This document shows, one piece after another, positions 14,759-27,689 of a stretch of DNA of 64,000 bases; the first letter of the stretch is position 1, and the number at the start of each line of letters is the position of its first letter. Under the pieces are notes generated by a model. The model was not told where the DNA came from and did no database searches. It saw only the letters and a list, made by a program, of their open reading frames with translations. A program made the translations under genes and the position numbers. Origin of the DNA: Eledone cirrhosa (taxonomy: Eukaryota); contig OZ024752.1 in assembly GCA_964016885.1 (NCBI GenBank), positions 4,836,001 to 4,900,000 of the forward strand, in the 5' to 3' direction.

Positions 14759-15279
14759 CCTACATCACTCTTTCAACAACTCCGTGAACTGCCCTGGACC
14801 TACATCACTCTTTCAACAACTCCGTGAACTGCCCTGGACCTACATCACTCTTTCAACAACTCCGTGAACTGCCCTGGACCTACATCACACTTTCAACAAC
14901 TCCGTGAACTGCCCTGGACCTACATCACACTTTCAACAACTCCGTGAACTGCCCTGGACCTACATCACTCCTTCAACAACTCCGTGAACTGCCCTGGACC
15001 TACATCACACTTTCAACAACTCCGTGAACTGCCCTGGACCTACATCACACTTTCAACAACTCCGTGAACTGCCCTGGACCTACATCACTCCTTCAACAAC
15101 TCCGTGAACTGCCCTGGACCTACATCACTCCTTCAACAACTCCGTGAACTGCCCTGGACCTACATCACTCCTTCAACAACTCCGTGAACTGCCCTGGACC
15201 TACATCACTCCTTCAACAACTCCGTGAACTGCCCTGGACCTACATCACTCCTTCAACAACTCCGTGAACTGCCCTGGAC
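14759..15279. repeat. 40-bp minisatellite, 13 copies
   Basis: cctacatcactc(t/c)ttcaacaactccgtgaactgccctgga. Confidence 0.95.
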
Positions 15280-15414
15280 TCATACTAAATCTATTGACCA
15301 TTACAAAAGAATAAAACAGTTGATTATGACAGAATGGAAACTGAGAGGACAGAGAGCCAAAACAAACAGCAAGGCGTTCTATCCAATGATCTAATGACTA
15401 CTACTTCACTGTTA

Positions 15415-15566
15415 TGATGCCATGCTTTCTAGCATAGTTACGTCCCTTTACAGTCTGAGTTCAAATCCCGCCGAGGTTAACTTTGCCTTTTATCCTTACG
15501 GGGTCGATAAAATAAAGTACCAGTAATGTACTGGGTAATTGCTGGCCTTGTGCCTAAAGTAGAAAC

Positions 15567-15603
<37 letters not shown>

Positions 15604-15757
15604 GGCGGTGGATTGGCAGTATCGGTAGAGGGTCGGACGCCATGCTTTGCAAGCAAAGAGTTACGTCCCTTTATGATCCGTACAGGGTCGATAAAATAAA
15701 GTACCAGTAATACACTGAGATAATTGCTGGCCTTGTGCCAAAAGTAGAAACAATTAT
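15415..15757 (+). mobile_element. Two adjacent SINE family A copies (5'-truncated and internally deleted)
   Basis: Direct similarity to 9552-9740; further partial copies at 14540-14650 and 22358-22460. Confidence 0.8.
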
Positions 15758-17158
15758 ATAAAATGCTAATAAAGTTTTTAAATAGCTTTTAAATAGACAC
15801 CAAAATTGATATTGTCAGATTTATAAGTACATATAAAGGTTTGTCATTGAATTGTAAAACAATTACACATTGAAATATTGTTGTACAACATGAACCATTA
15901 AATATTAGAAGAGAATATTGAATGTGACCTAGTTTGTAAATGTTTGAGATAGAAAAATATATTTTAGATATAAAGCATGAAGTTTCTAAGGCTTTACCAA
16001 ACAATCTATACATCACATAGATAAACAACAACAATATATATTTCCTGAAATATTTTTAAAGAATGTATTACAATAATAGCCACACTATTTGTAGTATTGT
16101 AGCTGTAATTGTAATGTAATGATGTTAGTAGTGGTTATAATAGTAATATTAGTACAACTTTTTCTATTTAAATTTAATTTAAAAAAAAACAACCCTGACG
16201 ATGACAATTTCAATGATGATGATGATGATTAAATTTGGAAGCAGTCATAGAATGGATTGACTTGTTATGTAAAAGTCTTTAGAATATAAAAAACACCCTC
16301 CACAATTCAGAAGCAAAAGAAAACTCATATAGATTCTTAATACTTTTCTAATCTAGCCCCTAAAACTGTTGAGAGAAGAAATCCTTTACAGCCTGAGGCT
16401 TTGCTTTTTAAGGACATTAAGTGTTTTAAGAGAGACCAAGTGTTTTAAGAGATTTCAAGTGTTTTAAGAGAGATCAAATGTCTGTAGGCACATGAAGTGT
16501 TTTAAGAAATCCAAAACTCTACTTGAGAATAGAGCTAGCAGAAAAGATATTAAATAAGAAAAATAAGAAAGAAAGGTTAAACAAGCACCTTTACTGTCTC
16601 AGTGCATCACATGATTATTATATCCTAGAGAAAAGAACATTCTTTAATTCAGAATTATTTCTTTATCAACAGGAAAAACAAGATAAGTTCAAGACTAATG
16701 ATGCCATGATGTGTCTTCTGAATAAATAAGATTCTCAAGAGACAAAAAAAAAAGTTCTTTCATAGCATCAATATGCCATAAGATTGTGAGGCTTCTTCAA
16801 GGAGGCTGACGATTCTGTGGAAATTGTCTTTTAAATTTACTCTAGCACTTATGAGGTCTATATCTAGGCTGCAGTTTTGTTTCAATTCTCAGTTGAATCC
16901 AAATGATTGCACTTCTGATATTATTAACACTTAACATCACTGGCTTCTAAGCTATGCTGCATAGCAGATTTTTCTGTGGTGATTTTTCTGTGGTGAAATA
17001 TATTTAGGTGCAGATTTTTCTGTGGTGAAATATATTTAGGTGCAGATTTTTCTGTGGTGAAATATATTTAGGTGCACTATAAAAACAATAAAATTATGAA
17101 ATTTGAAATAACTATAATAATAGTCTCCAGGGTACTTTACTTGATTTTGACTACTTGA

Positions 17159-18003
17159 ATTGGCAGTATCGGTAGAGGGTCGGACGCCATGCTTTGACGC
17201 ATAGTGTTACGGCCCTTGCCATTCTGAGTTCAAATCCCGCCGAGGTTAACTTTGCCTTTCATCCTTACGGGGTCGATAAAACAAAGTACCAGTAATCTAC
17301 TAGGTAATTGCTGGCCTTGTGCCAAAAGTAGAAACAATTATTTATTTATATATATTTTTATTAATTATTTATGAACCCAGAAAGGAGGAAAGGTAAAATG
17401 AACCTGAGGTTTGAACTCAGAATGTAAAGGGATGTAACTAAATATAGCAAGGCTTTTCCTTTAACAACTCTACTGATTCTACAAATATATGTGAGGGGAA
17501 TTAGCTCAGATGGTAGAGTGCTTGCTTTGCATGTGAGAAGTATCGGGATTGATGTCGGATTCTCCAAGTGTTAAGTTTCCTGTAGTGCACCTGAACGCTG
17601 TACCATTATTACGGATTGCAGGGCGGTCGTTTGGCAGTATCGGTGGAGGGTCGGACGCCATGCTTTGCAGCGAAAAGTTACGGCCCTTTACGATCTGTGT
17701 TCAAATCCCGTCGAGGTTAACTTTGCCTTTCATCCTTACGGCGTCGATAAAATAAAGTACCAGTAATACACTGGGTAATTGCTGGCCTTGTGCCAAAAGT
17801 AGAAACAATTATTATTACAGATTGGCAGTATCAGTAGAGCGTCAGACACCATGCTTTGCGGCATAGAGTTATGGCCCTTTACGTTCTGAGTTCAAATCCC
17901 ACTGAGGTTAGATTTACCTTTCATCCTTACAGGGTTGATAAAATAAAGTACCAGTAATGCACTGGGGTTATTGCTGGCCTTGTGCCAAAAGTAGAAACAA
18001 TTA
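17159..18003 (+). mobile_element. Cluster of three SINE family A copies (17159-17340, 17620-17812, 17820-18003)
   Basis: Direct similarity to 9552-9740. Confidence 0.85.
17495..17566 (+). tRNA. tRNA-Ala(TGC)-like sequence, probably a pseudogene or SINE head
   Basis: GGGGAATTAGCTCAGATGGTAGAGTGCTTGCTTTGCATGTGAGAAGTATCGGGATTGATGTCGGATTCTCCA: acceptor, D and anticodon stems pair, anticodon TGC, G3:U70 present; the T arm is 1 nt short and mispaired. Confidence 0.75.
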
Positions 18004-19013
18004 TTTATATTTTTTTCACTAAAATGTATTGATTTGATCTTCAGTGCTCCATGAATAAACTTTGAGAAAGGCATGAACATCTTACACTCTCATCACCACT
18101 GATTTTCCTTTAATTTTGTTTAATGTCTTATCGAAAGAAATCAATTTGCTTTAGTCCTGTACACAGTTCACAGCTTTGCTATAATTATGAATGGTAATCC
18201 TTTTAAAGAACCAATTAATGACCTGCAATCTGAAGATTTTCAAAGGAAGTGTGAAAGCTTAAACATTTTCATTGCATTGCTTGCGTTGCCCTTTTTCTTT
18301 TTTACCTTTTCATGTAAGCATTTCCCAATATATAGCTTTGTAGGAGTTATTGCTGCAGAAAAACAGCAGAGCTTTTCTTTGAGTGTGGTGGTGGTGGTGG
18401 TGGTGGTGAGATGGTTACTGGTGCTGCCCATTAAAGTTGAAGGAAGAAATTAGGTCAGTTGTTTGGTGAATGTATGTGTGGTTGTTGATATATATATAAA
18501 TGTGTGTATATATATACATGTGTGTGTGTAGGTGTATGTATGTATATGTGTATATATATATTCACACACATATACACATGTTTGTGTGTGTGTTTGTTTA
18601 TGTAGAAATGGTCAGTGGTGCCTGATCTGTTTACTTTGAAGTTAAAATGTGTCTATATGGTCAGTGGTGTGTATCCATGTATGGATGCTGCTTAGAATTA
18701 GTTTAATGAAAGTAGTTTAAGTAGTGGTAAACTGGTATGATATACCATCCACAAGATAGGTGAAAGTATATTTTATGATGAAAGCATTAAAAGGCTGAAG
18801 TATATATTCAGGCATGTAGAATAGGGAAAAAAATTATATTAATGGAGAGCTAATATTATTTTCATTAGCCAATTAATGATTTTAAAATCAGTAGAGTTCC
18901 TAAAGGAAAAACCTTGCTATATTTAGTTACATCCCTTTACATTCTGAGTTCAAACCTAAGGTTCATTTTGCTTTCATCCTTCCTGAGTTCATAAATAATT
19001 AATAAAAAAAATA

Positions 19014-19091
19014 CAGGGTGTCCCCCCAAAATGTATACACACTTCAACAGCATTCTAATCAAAGTATGTATACATTTTTTGGGACACCCTG
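19014..19091. mobile_element. 78-bp Tc1/mariner MITE (copies at about 10615-10703 and 24177-24277)
   Basis: TA|cagggtgtccc...aaaatgtataca ... tgtatacatttt...gggacaccctg|TA. Confidence 0.8.
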
Positions 19092-19265
19092 TATATCTGT
19101 AAATAGTATATAAAATAGTAATATAAAAAAAGTTGTTTCGTCCCAGATCAGCTCCAATTGAGACGGCTTATGATCATATTCCACTTGGGTTTGTTTTTTT
19201 TATCTAGGACTACTTTGAGCTAATTTCTACCTGAAACTGTCATTGATGTCATTTTGCTGTTTTTG

Positions 19266-19570
19266 ATATTTAATTTGTTGGTAATTCAACAAATATAAAT
19301 GTTTATAACTGATTCAAAGCACTCCACAAATTTTCTGGAGTATAATATTCAATGATATTAAATAAATGGAAATTATATTTATAAAACCATATTTATTCTA
19401 TTATATAACTTGAACTGTTAAGATCCTATTCCTGGTTATGTCAATATTTATAAAACAAACTTTGTATTTTATCTGAAGAGAGCGTACCAAATTTTGGTAC
19501 CCTTGAAATATATATAATAGAATAAATATGGTTTTATAAATATAGTTTCCATTTATTTAATATCATTGAG
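19266..19570 (+). mobile_element. Non-coding Penelope-like pseudo-LTR insertion (inverted + direct pLTR)
   Basis: Matches both ends of the 55982-58868 element; about 59-bp inverted repeat 19349-19407/19511-19569 around a hammerhead. Confidence 0.75.
19465..19524 (+). ncRNA. Minimal type I hammerhead ribozyme (same family as 58763)
   Basis: tattttat-CTGAAGA-gagcgtaccaaattttggtaccctt-GAAA-tatata-TA-atagaata. Confidence 0.7.
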
Positions 19571-19731
19571 TATATACATATATATATAATATACATATAT
19601 ATATATATATATATTATATACATATATATATTATATACACATATATATATAATATACATATATATTTATAATATACATATATATATATAATATACATATA
19701 TATATATTATATACATATATATATTATATAC

Positions 19732-19787
<56 letters not shown>

Positions 19788-19952
19788 TATATACATATAT
19801 ATATATGTATATTATATATATATATATATAAAATATATAATATATATATATTATATACATATATATATATAATATATATATATATATTATATACATATAT
19901 ATATATATAATATACATATATATATATTATATACATATATATATAATATACT

Positions 19953-20028
<76 letters not shown>

Positions 20029-21494
20029 TCATCATCATCGTTTAATGTCCATCTTCCATGCTGATGATGATGATGATACCTAAATTAGATATTGAATGGA
20101 GTGGAAATTATGTCAGATATTCTGCTGTTTTATGACAACTCCAGAGATGTTTGGGATCTTATTGTAGAGATTCACCTCTATGTTCTTGCAGTGATTTTCC
20201 AGAAATTCTTTGGCATGTTCCAATATAGCAGCTATCAGTCTGAGAGAGAGCGGCCATATTGAAACCGATCTTTAAAAAACTACCAAGATTGGAAGTTTAA
20301 TATATGATTACAGGTCTACCAAATATAAACAAAATCTTTGAGTATATGGAATATAAGAAAAGATTTAACAATAGAAACTTCTGTTTTACAGTTTCCCTTT
20401 TTTCCTATTTTTATTTTCTTTTTCATTTTCTTAGGCATAATCTGCTCCCCATTGGTCTTCAATATTTGAAATTTTTCATTTAATTAATTTTTTTTTTCTG
20501 TTTTTTTTTCTTTCCATTTTTCTTTATATTTTTTATTATTACATGTCTCACTAGCTCTTTTTGATTACCAACTGTAAGGAGTACTCGATACTTCCCCCAG
20601 TCTGTCATAGCTTACTAGCTCTATACAGACGTTTAAAATGATTAAATAAATAAATATTGGATCTTTAACCTTTTAGCATTTAACCTGTTATTTTGCACAG
20701 CTACAGTTGCTGTGCTGGGGCTCAGTAAAATGACTTTTTTTAAACAAATATTTATTAACAACAAAAATCTGAATCACTAGTAACTCCATCTATCTTTGAA
20801 GTTATGAACTGTTGGAAACGAGTTCATAACTTTGAAGTTATGAACTGTTGGAAACGAGTTCATAACTTTGAAGTTATGACTTTTGGAAATGAGTTCAAAC
20901 TTGTTAGGACGTGTTATCTCATCTACGGCACTGAAGAGATTAAATCGGCCGTATCTGGCCAGAATTCTCTCACTTCTTTCTGTTCAAATTGGCTTTAACC
21001 AGCTGCTCATACTGATATTAAGGTATTGTTCTCAAAATAAATATCAAAATCTCATAGATTCTATATTATGCGGGATAATTATGTGAAGTAAAGCCTTCAC
21101 CACAAAAATATAGTAGTAAATATAGAGTAATGTTAAGGGGTAAAAGTACAGAGCCTTGTACAACTGCAGTAGTTTTGTATCTGGGGGGAAAAAAAAAAAG
21201 AATAAACCTAGCCTTTGGTAAGCTGTTGTAATGTTGTTAGTATTGATGTTTATCCCAAGGTCAACCCCAATAGAGGATTCTGGTCATGATAATCTCATTT
21301 TTTCTGTATATTTTGGACTACATTATCTAATACATTCATCTCTCAAGATAGTTAGCACGTTATTTGAGGGATCAGTAGCTGTTATATCTAGACATTTCAT
21401 CAACAACATAGTGGTTCTTTTATTTGTTTGTACATATGTGATTGTTACTTGTGATTATCTATATTAAATTACGTGTGCTATTTATATACACATT

Positions 21495-21714
21495 TAACCT
21501 TTTAACTTTTAAACCGGCCATATCCAGCCAGAATTCTCTCACCTCTTTCTGTGTGAACCGGCTATAACTGGCTGCTCATTTTTATGTTAAGGTATTGGTA
21601 TTGTTCTCAAAATAAAATTATCAAAATCTTGTAGATTCAATATTATGTAAGATAAAGTGTTTACTGTGAAAATGCAATAGTAAATATTGTGTAATGTAAA
21701 TGCTAAAGGGTTAT
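21495..21714. mobile_element. TTAA-type (piggyBac-like) MITE; copies at about 5549-5777 and 20665-21140 (interrupted)
   Basis: ttaacctttta...ctaaagggtta ends and shared internal sequence (gaattctctcac, ttgttctcaaaataa). Confidence 0.6.
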
Positions 21715-22670
21715 AGAATGTAACCTCCATCTCCCTGCTTCAATTATTTATTTTGAGAAAAATACCTTAACATCAGTATGAGTAGCAAGTTACGGCTGGT
21801 TTGAACAGAATAGACATCAGTCAGATATATTTGAAAAATTGCTTTGACTACAAAATTAACAGCAAAAAAAGCCCCACAAATATTATAAAAATGAAATAAA
21901 TAGTTTTTCACTTAATCTAACGACCATTGCATCACTTCATTAAATATCAGTCAGAATAATTAAACAACTCATTAACTTTTGGCCCAAATCCTACATTATA
22001 CTGTTGTTGGTGGTGGTGGTATTGTTGCTGTTGTTGTTGTTGATGGTGGTGGTGCTGTTGTTGTTGTTGTTGTTGTTGGTGTTGTTACTGCTGTTGCTAC
22101 TTTTTTTTTTTACAATGAATAGCTATTTAAAAAAACTATAATAATAATAATACTATAGGCAAAAGGCCAGCAATTTGGGGGGAGGGGAAGGTCGATTAAA
22201 TCGCCCCCAGTTCGTTACTAAAGCTTTATTTTATCGATCCCGCAAGGATGAACGGCAAAGTTAATCTTGCTGGGATTTGAACTGAGAACGTAAAGGGACG
22301 AAACTCTGATGTGAAGCATGTTGTCTAATGATCTGCCGATGCTAATAATCCACTGCCCTGAGGTTAACTTTGCCTTTCATCCTTACGGAGTCGATAAAAT
22401 AAAGTACCAGTAATACACTGGGTAATTTGCTGGCCTTGTGCCTAAAGTAGAAACAATTATTATAATTGTTCTTATTATTTGTTGTAGAAAGAGTAATAAT
22501 ATTTGTGATGAGTTAGCAGGGGTGGTGGTTAGTAGTAATGGTGGTAGTGGTAGTAGTAGTAGTAATGGTGGTAGTAGTAGTAGTAGTAATGATGGTGGTA
22601 GTAGTAGTAGTAGTAATGATGGTGGTAGTAGTAGTAGTAGTAATGATGGTGGTAGTAGTAGTAGTAATGA

Positions 22671-22702
<32 letters not shown>

Positions 22703-22724
22703 ATGGTGATAGTAGTAGTAATGA

Positions 22725-22768
<44 letters not shown>

Positions 22769-22905
22769 ATGGTATTAGTAGTAGTAGTAGACCTTTTTAA
22801 AATGGAAGCCATCTAAATGAATTTCAGGCAGAAAAAGTTCATTAACATGATTTTATTGGGAAAATACTAATTTTAATTGCCATCTCTCTCTTGCTCCATT
22901 CTTTT

Positions 22906-22971
<66 letters not shown>

Positions 22972-23811
22972 GTATGTATGTGTATGTATATATCATCATC
23001 ATCATTTTAAAGATTGGACAGGTCTGCATAGACCAAGTCGGTACAGAAGTGAGGCTACTGACCTTCCCAACAGGCCAGGGATCAGTATCTCCCTTATGTA
23101 CAGTCTCATGTTCTACCGAGTGCACAGGAGAGGGTGTTATGTCTTTGACATAGCAGGAGTTCCTTCCAATCAGTACCGGATTTAGGACAAATGAGGCCCC
23201 TTACTTGGGTCCTGATGGAGGGAATTCATCATAAGAAACTTTTTTAACAAGAAGATGCCCCCCTTCTCCAGCCAACAACACCTTGTGCTTGAGCACACCC
23301 AAGCACAATGGTAAACCCAGCACTGCTCCCAACTCTTTGTTTGGCATATGTGAATGTAAACTGTATGTATAGCGTACTTAAAATAAATTAAGGGTCAGCA
23401 TCAGGAAGGGGTGTGGCCCTTTCAATCCTTTGTTTGGCATATGTGATTTAGTGGTTAGGGTGCTCAGCTCACAATCAAAGAGCATGAATTTAGTTGTCAG
23501 CAGCAAATTTTTGTCTTTGAGCCAGGCAGATTATTTGACATTGCTTCAGTCTGTTCAGCTAGAAAAAAAATTGTGTTGTATCTGTAATTGAAATGGACAG
23601 TATTGTCACATAATGTGTCATACAGAATCTCCTTCTTGAGATATATGTTGAGGGTACATATGTCTGAAATGTTCAACCACTTGTATGATAATTTCACAAG
23701 CAGGCTGTTACAACAACTGATCAAACAACTGAATTGTTCATCATAGGTTCCAACAAATTTTTCAAGAACGATGTATGTATTTGTGTGTGTGTGTGTGTGT
23801 GTGTGCGTGTA

Positions 23812-24154
23812 TCATCATCATCATCATCATCATCATCTTTTTACGTCCACTTTTCCCTGCTTGCAAGGGTTGGACGGGAACTGATTCTGGCTTGATTTCT
23901 ACAGCTGGATGCCCTTCCTAACACCAACCTCATTTACAGTGAGTGCTGGGTGCTTTTTTTCCGTGGCACCTCCACGACCACTTTGCAGTGGAATGATAGG
24001 GACACCAGTCCCTATCATCTCATTTCTACAGCTGAGTAAACTGGAGCAATGTGAAATAAAGTGTCTTGCTCAAGGAAACAACACATCACCCGGTCTGAGA
24101 ATTGAACTCACAACCTTTCGATTGCAAGGCCAATGCTCTAACCACTAAGCCATG
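23812..24154 (-). mobile_element. SINE family B
   Basis: Reverse complement of 43413-43753. Partial relatives with the same tail at about 7165-7355, 11830-12075, 12400-12630, 34133-34450, 47163-47440, 51357-51500 and 59438-59590. Confidence 0.85.
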
Positions 24155-24745
24155 TATATATATATATATATATATACAGGGTGTTCCAAAAAAATGTATT
24201 CAGACTTCAACAGCATTCTAATAAATATTGCCTATACTGGTAATCAAAGTGTGTGTATATCTTTTGGGGATACCCTGTTTATATATTCAGACATATAAAA
24301 AGTTCGCTCCCTTCCACCTAAAATTGCCTCGGGAATGTTACCTTTTAATCAATTTTTGCTGTCTGAAGAAATCACAATATCTATTGTCATTGAAATATGT
24401 ATAACAGCCCAATTAATAAAGGACCCTAACATCGTCACCTTCACATTTTCCTCTTTATACACATTTAGGTTTGTTGGTTCACCACTGGCTAGAACTGGTC
24501 ATTCCGTATAGTCAACCATGATATAATAATAGGAAAAGCACTCAACGTTATGTAACTCACCCATCTTCGATGTTGAATCTTGTTGGTGGTGCGAGAACGG
24601 AGTTAATTATTATTGAGTAAAATGACAGGAGGCTAAACTGGCAACAGCTGGCCCTGACCGCCTTCAAGTCATAAACATTTTTCTCTGTGTTTTTAGCCTC
24701 TTGGATTGTGTTTACCATTATTCCATAACTAACTTTTATGCAATA

Positions 24746-24805
24746 AACACCTGATGATGTCACCAGGATCTTACAGAACTTGGTCACTGAAATGTAAATA
24801 GTGTT
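24746..24805 (+). ncRNA. Minimal type I hammerhead ribozyme candidate
   Basis: aacac-CTGATGA-tgtcaccagg...cttggtcact-GAAA-tgtaaa-TA-gtgtt, with aataaa shortly downstream. Confidence 0.65.
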
Positions 24806-24860
24806 GGCTATAATAAATCTTTGAAGGAATTTCACCAGTCCGGCCTCCTGTCATTTTACT

Positions 24861-24929
<69 letters not shown>

Positions 24930-24938
<9 letters not shown>

Positions 24939-25832
24939 TGAGGATGTCTGTCTGTGTGTGTGTGAGTTTGAATCCCTAAAACTAGAGAACCACCCAACCG
25001 ACTGTTTTCAAACTTTACACATGTAATACTTATGTTTCAAGGAGTGTTCTGAGCAAAATAAATTTCAAATTTTCAATGCCCTAGGGACCGCATTAGGCGA
25101 TTTAGTGATCTCTCTCTATAATTCTTAGTCTTTCTCTTTTTAGATAGATACATACATATAACGTCACGCCCTTATAATATCTGTCTGTATGTCTGGCTGT
25201 CTGCATTACGTCACTTCTCTGAGGATGTCTGTCTGTGTGTGTGTGTCTGTGAGTTTGAATCCATAAAACTCGGGAAATACCCAACTGATTTTTTTCAAAC
25301 TTTACATGTGTATTACTTGTTTCAGGGAGTGAAAATTCAACTTTTTGATCCCCTAGGGCCCACATTAGGTGAAAAACTACATTTTTTCAGGTTTTTAGGG
25401 GTTTTTTGAAGCGTTACGTCAGACTGATTTCCTTGAAATTGTAACTATGTATTAGTCAGTCTCTTCTTCATACCGTGAGCAAAGAAAGTCCAACTTTTTT
25501 ATGGCCTAGGGCCTGCATTAGGTGAAAAACTTCATATTTTCAACTTTTTAGGGCTTTTTTTAGGCAATAAACACCTGATGATGTCACCAGGTCTAGCCGA
25601 TTTTCCCGAAATTTCAAGGCATATTATGCACATAAAAAAAATTCATTTTCTTGATCCTCTATTAGGTGAAAACCTGCATTTTTCCTGCTTCATTGAGTAA
25701 AATCTTAAAGATTATCCAACCATCAGAGTATTCCGTTTATTTTCTTTACATATTGTCCAGGCATGCAGTTTTTCCACGATTAGGTCTATTCCAAAATACC
25801 TTATCCCGTGCAACGCCGGGTACCACTACTAG
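24930..25832 (+). mobile_element. Non-autonomous Helitron-like element
   Basis: Begins in (TA)n with ataaaactgaggatgtctgtctgt, has internal subrepeats, ends in GC hairpin cccgtgcaacgccggg + CTAG|T; no TSD. Confidence 0.7.
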
Positions 25833-25876
<44 letters not shown>

Positions 25877-26446
25877 AAGAGAGTGAGAGAGAGAGGGGGG
25901 GATTGGAAATAGCACGGAAAATATATCTAAGAATCTGTTTTTCTTTTTTTCTTCTTTGATTCATCTAAGTAACATTATTGAAAAAATGAGAGGAACAATT
26001 CTTTTAAAAAAAAGAGTTTTATAATGTATACAAAATATAACCAGTTTTGATGTATCAGTATGGACCATCTTATCAAATGTTGAATATTACAATTAAAAAG
26101 AAAATTCTTTTTTAAATTTAAAATTAAGTGTTGAAACGTCTGTTCATCTTTCTTGTTGTGAAGACAGCTTCTAAAATGGAGCCCTCTCTATATAGAGAGA
26201 TGTCATCATCCGGCAGCTTCAGCCGAAATAGACTCAAGAATTGATCTCCACGTGGGTCGTTCATTGCTGTTGCCAAGTCCTGGATTTCAATAGCAGAATC
26301 TTGGGAGATGACATCGGGAGAGGAGAGCTTGCGCTCCCCTATTATTAATAACCAGCTTGTGGTTTCCAAAGCACTAATGGGGACACAGCCTCAGGGGTGG
26401 CACGATGGCAGTGGCCAGCAAATCTTACTCTCCTTTTATGTAGTTA

Positions 26447-26481
<35 letters not shown>

Positions 26482-27146
26482 TTGGTAGTTGTGTTTTTCA
26501 CAGAACAAAATTAGTTTTAGAAATAGTTTTGTGTTAAAGGATTGGTCCAAAGTTCAGATGGGGGCAGTGAAAGGGGGAGATGTAAGTTAGAGACAATTGC
26601 TTTAGGGGAGAGAGGTAAATAAGAGAGGCAAATGGGGTTCTTAAAGGAAATTCTATTTTAGGAATATGGTTCTAGAGAGCATGAGTGTGTATGTGTGAGT
26701 GTGTATATAAACACATATGTGTGTGTGTGTGTGTCTTATTGTGAATGTGAAGGGATCAAAACAGATAAATATGGGGGGGCACATGTATGTACATATATAT
26801 ATTTGTTTGTTTTTGAAGTGTGGTGTGTGTGCTTTAGTTTTTTGTCACAGGTCCCTTTGTGGTGGGAAATAAAAAAAACAGCAAAGTACCAGTGATGGCT
26901 TTTAATCTAGAATTTTTGGGAAACATGTGTATGAACAACTTCTTCCTTATTTCATGGTGTCTGTGTGTGTGAGACAGAGAATATATATATGCATACATAC
27001 ACACACATATATATATATATGTAATCAGCCCCATTAGATTCTATCTCTCAGAGAGAGAGATAGAATCTAATGGGGGTGAGTACATATATATATATGTGTG
27101 TGTGTGTATGTATGCGTATATATATGTGTGTGTATGTATCTATATA

Positions 27147-27202
<56 letters not shown>

Positions 27203-27689
27203 TATAGCTGAAGCTTAGCGAATACATGCCTTATTGAGTCCATGTAAGAATATGAACAAATCTCCTTCATATAAATATTGGATTTTTCCTCTTTTGCAAG
27301 CTACAACAATCAGCAGATCAAAGCCCAATATGTGTGTATGTTAACATGTGGTTTAACATGCGGTTCAGTGTATATTTATTTGTGCATGTATATTTGCATG
27401 CATGCATACATGTGTGTGTGTGTGCTTGTTTACATGTGGGTTGCTGTATATTTATATATATATATATGTATACATATATATGTGTGTGTGTGTGTGTGTT
27501 TAACTCTCACATGTCAACTACTTCCCCTACATATTATCTACTTTAAGACCTTTGATGTTATCTTCAGATCATGAAACTAAATCTGAGATTTACTGTGTCT
27601 CCTTCTTACCTCTAATACTGACCCTCTCAAACCACTACCCATTAGCCATCTAATCTCCTCACACAACAGTTCTCTTACTATCACTCATA

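Noticed and set aside
23909-24148. Recurrent 79-aa ORF MPFLTPTSFTVS... (also 43426, 52715, 57034)
   Set aside because: Antisense reading of SINE B, not a gene family.
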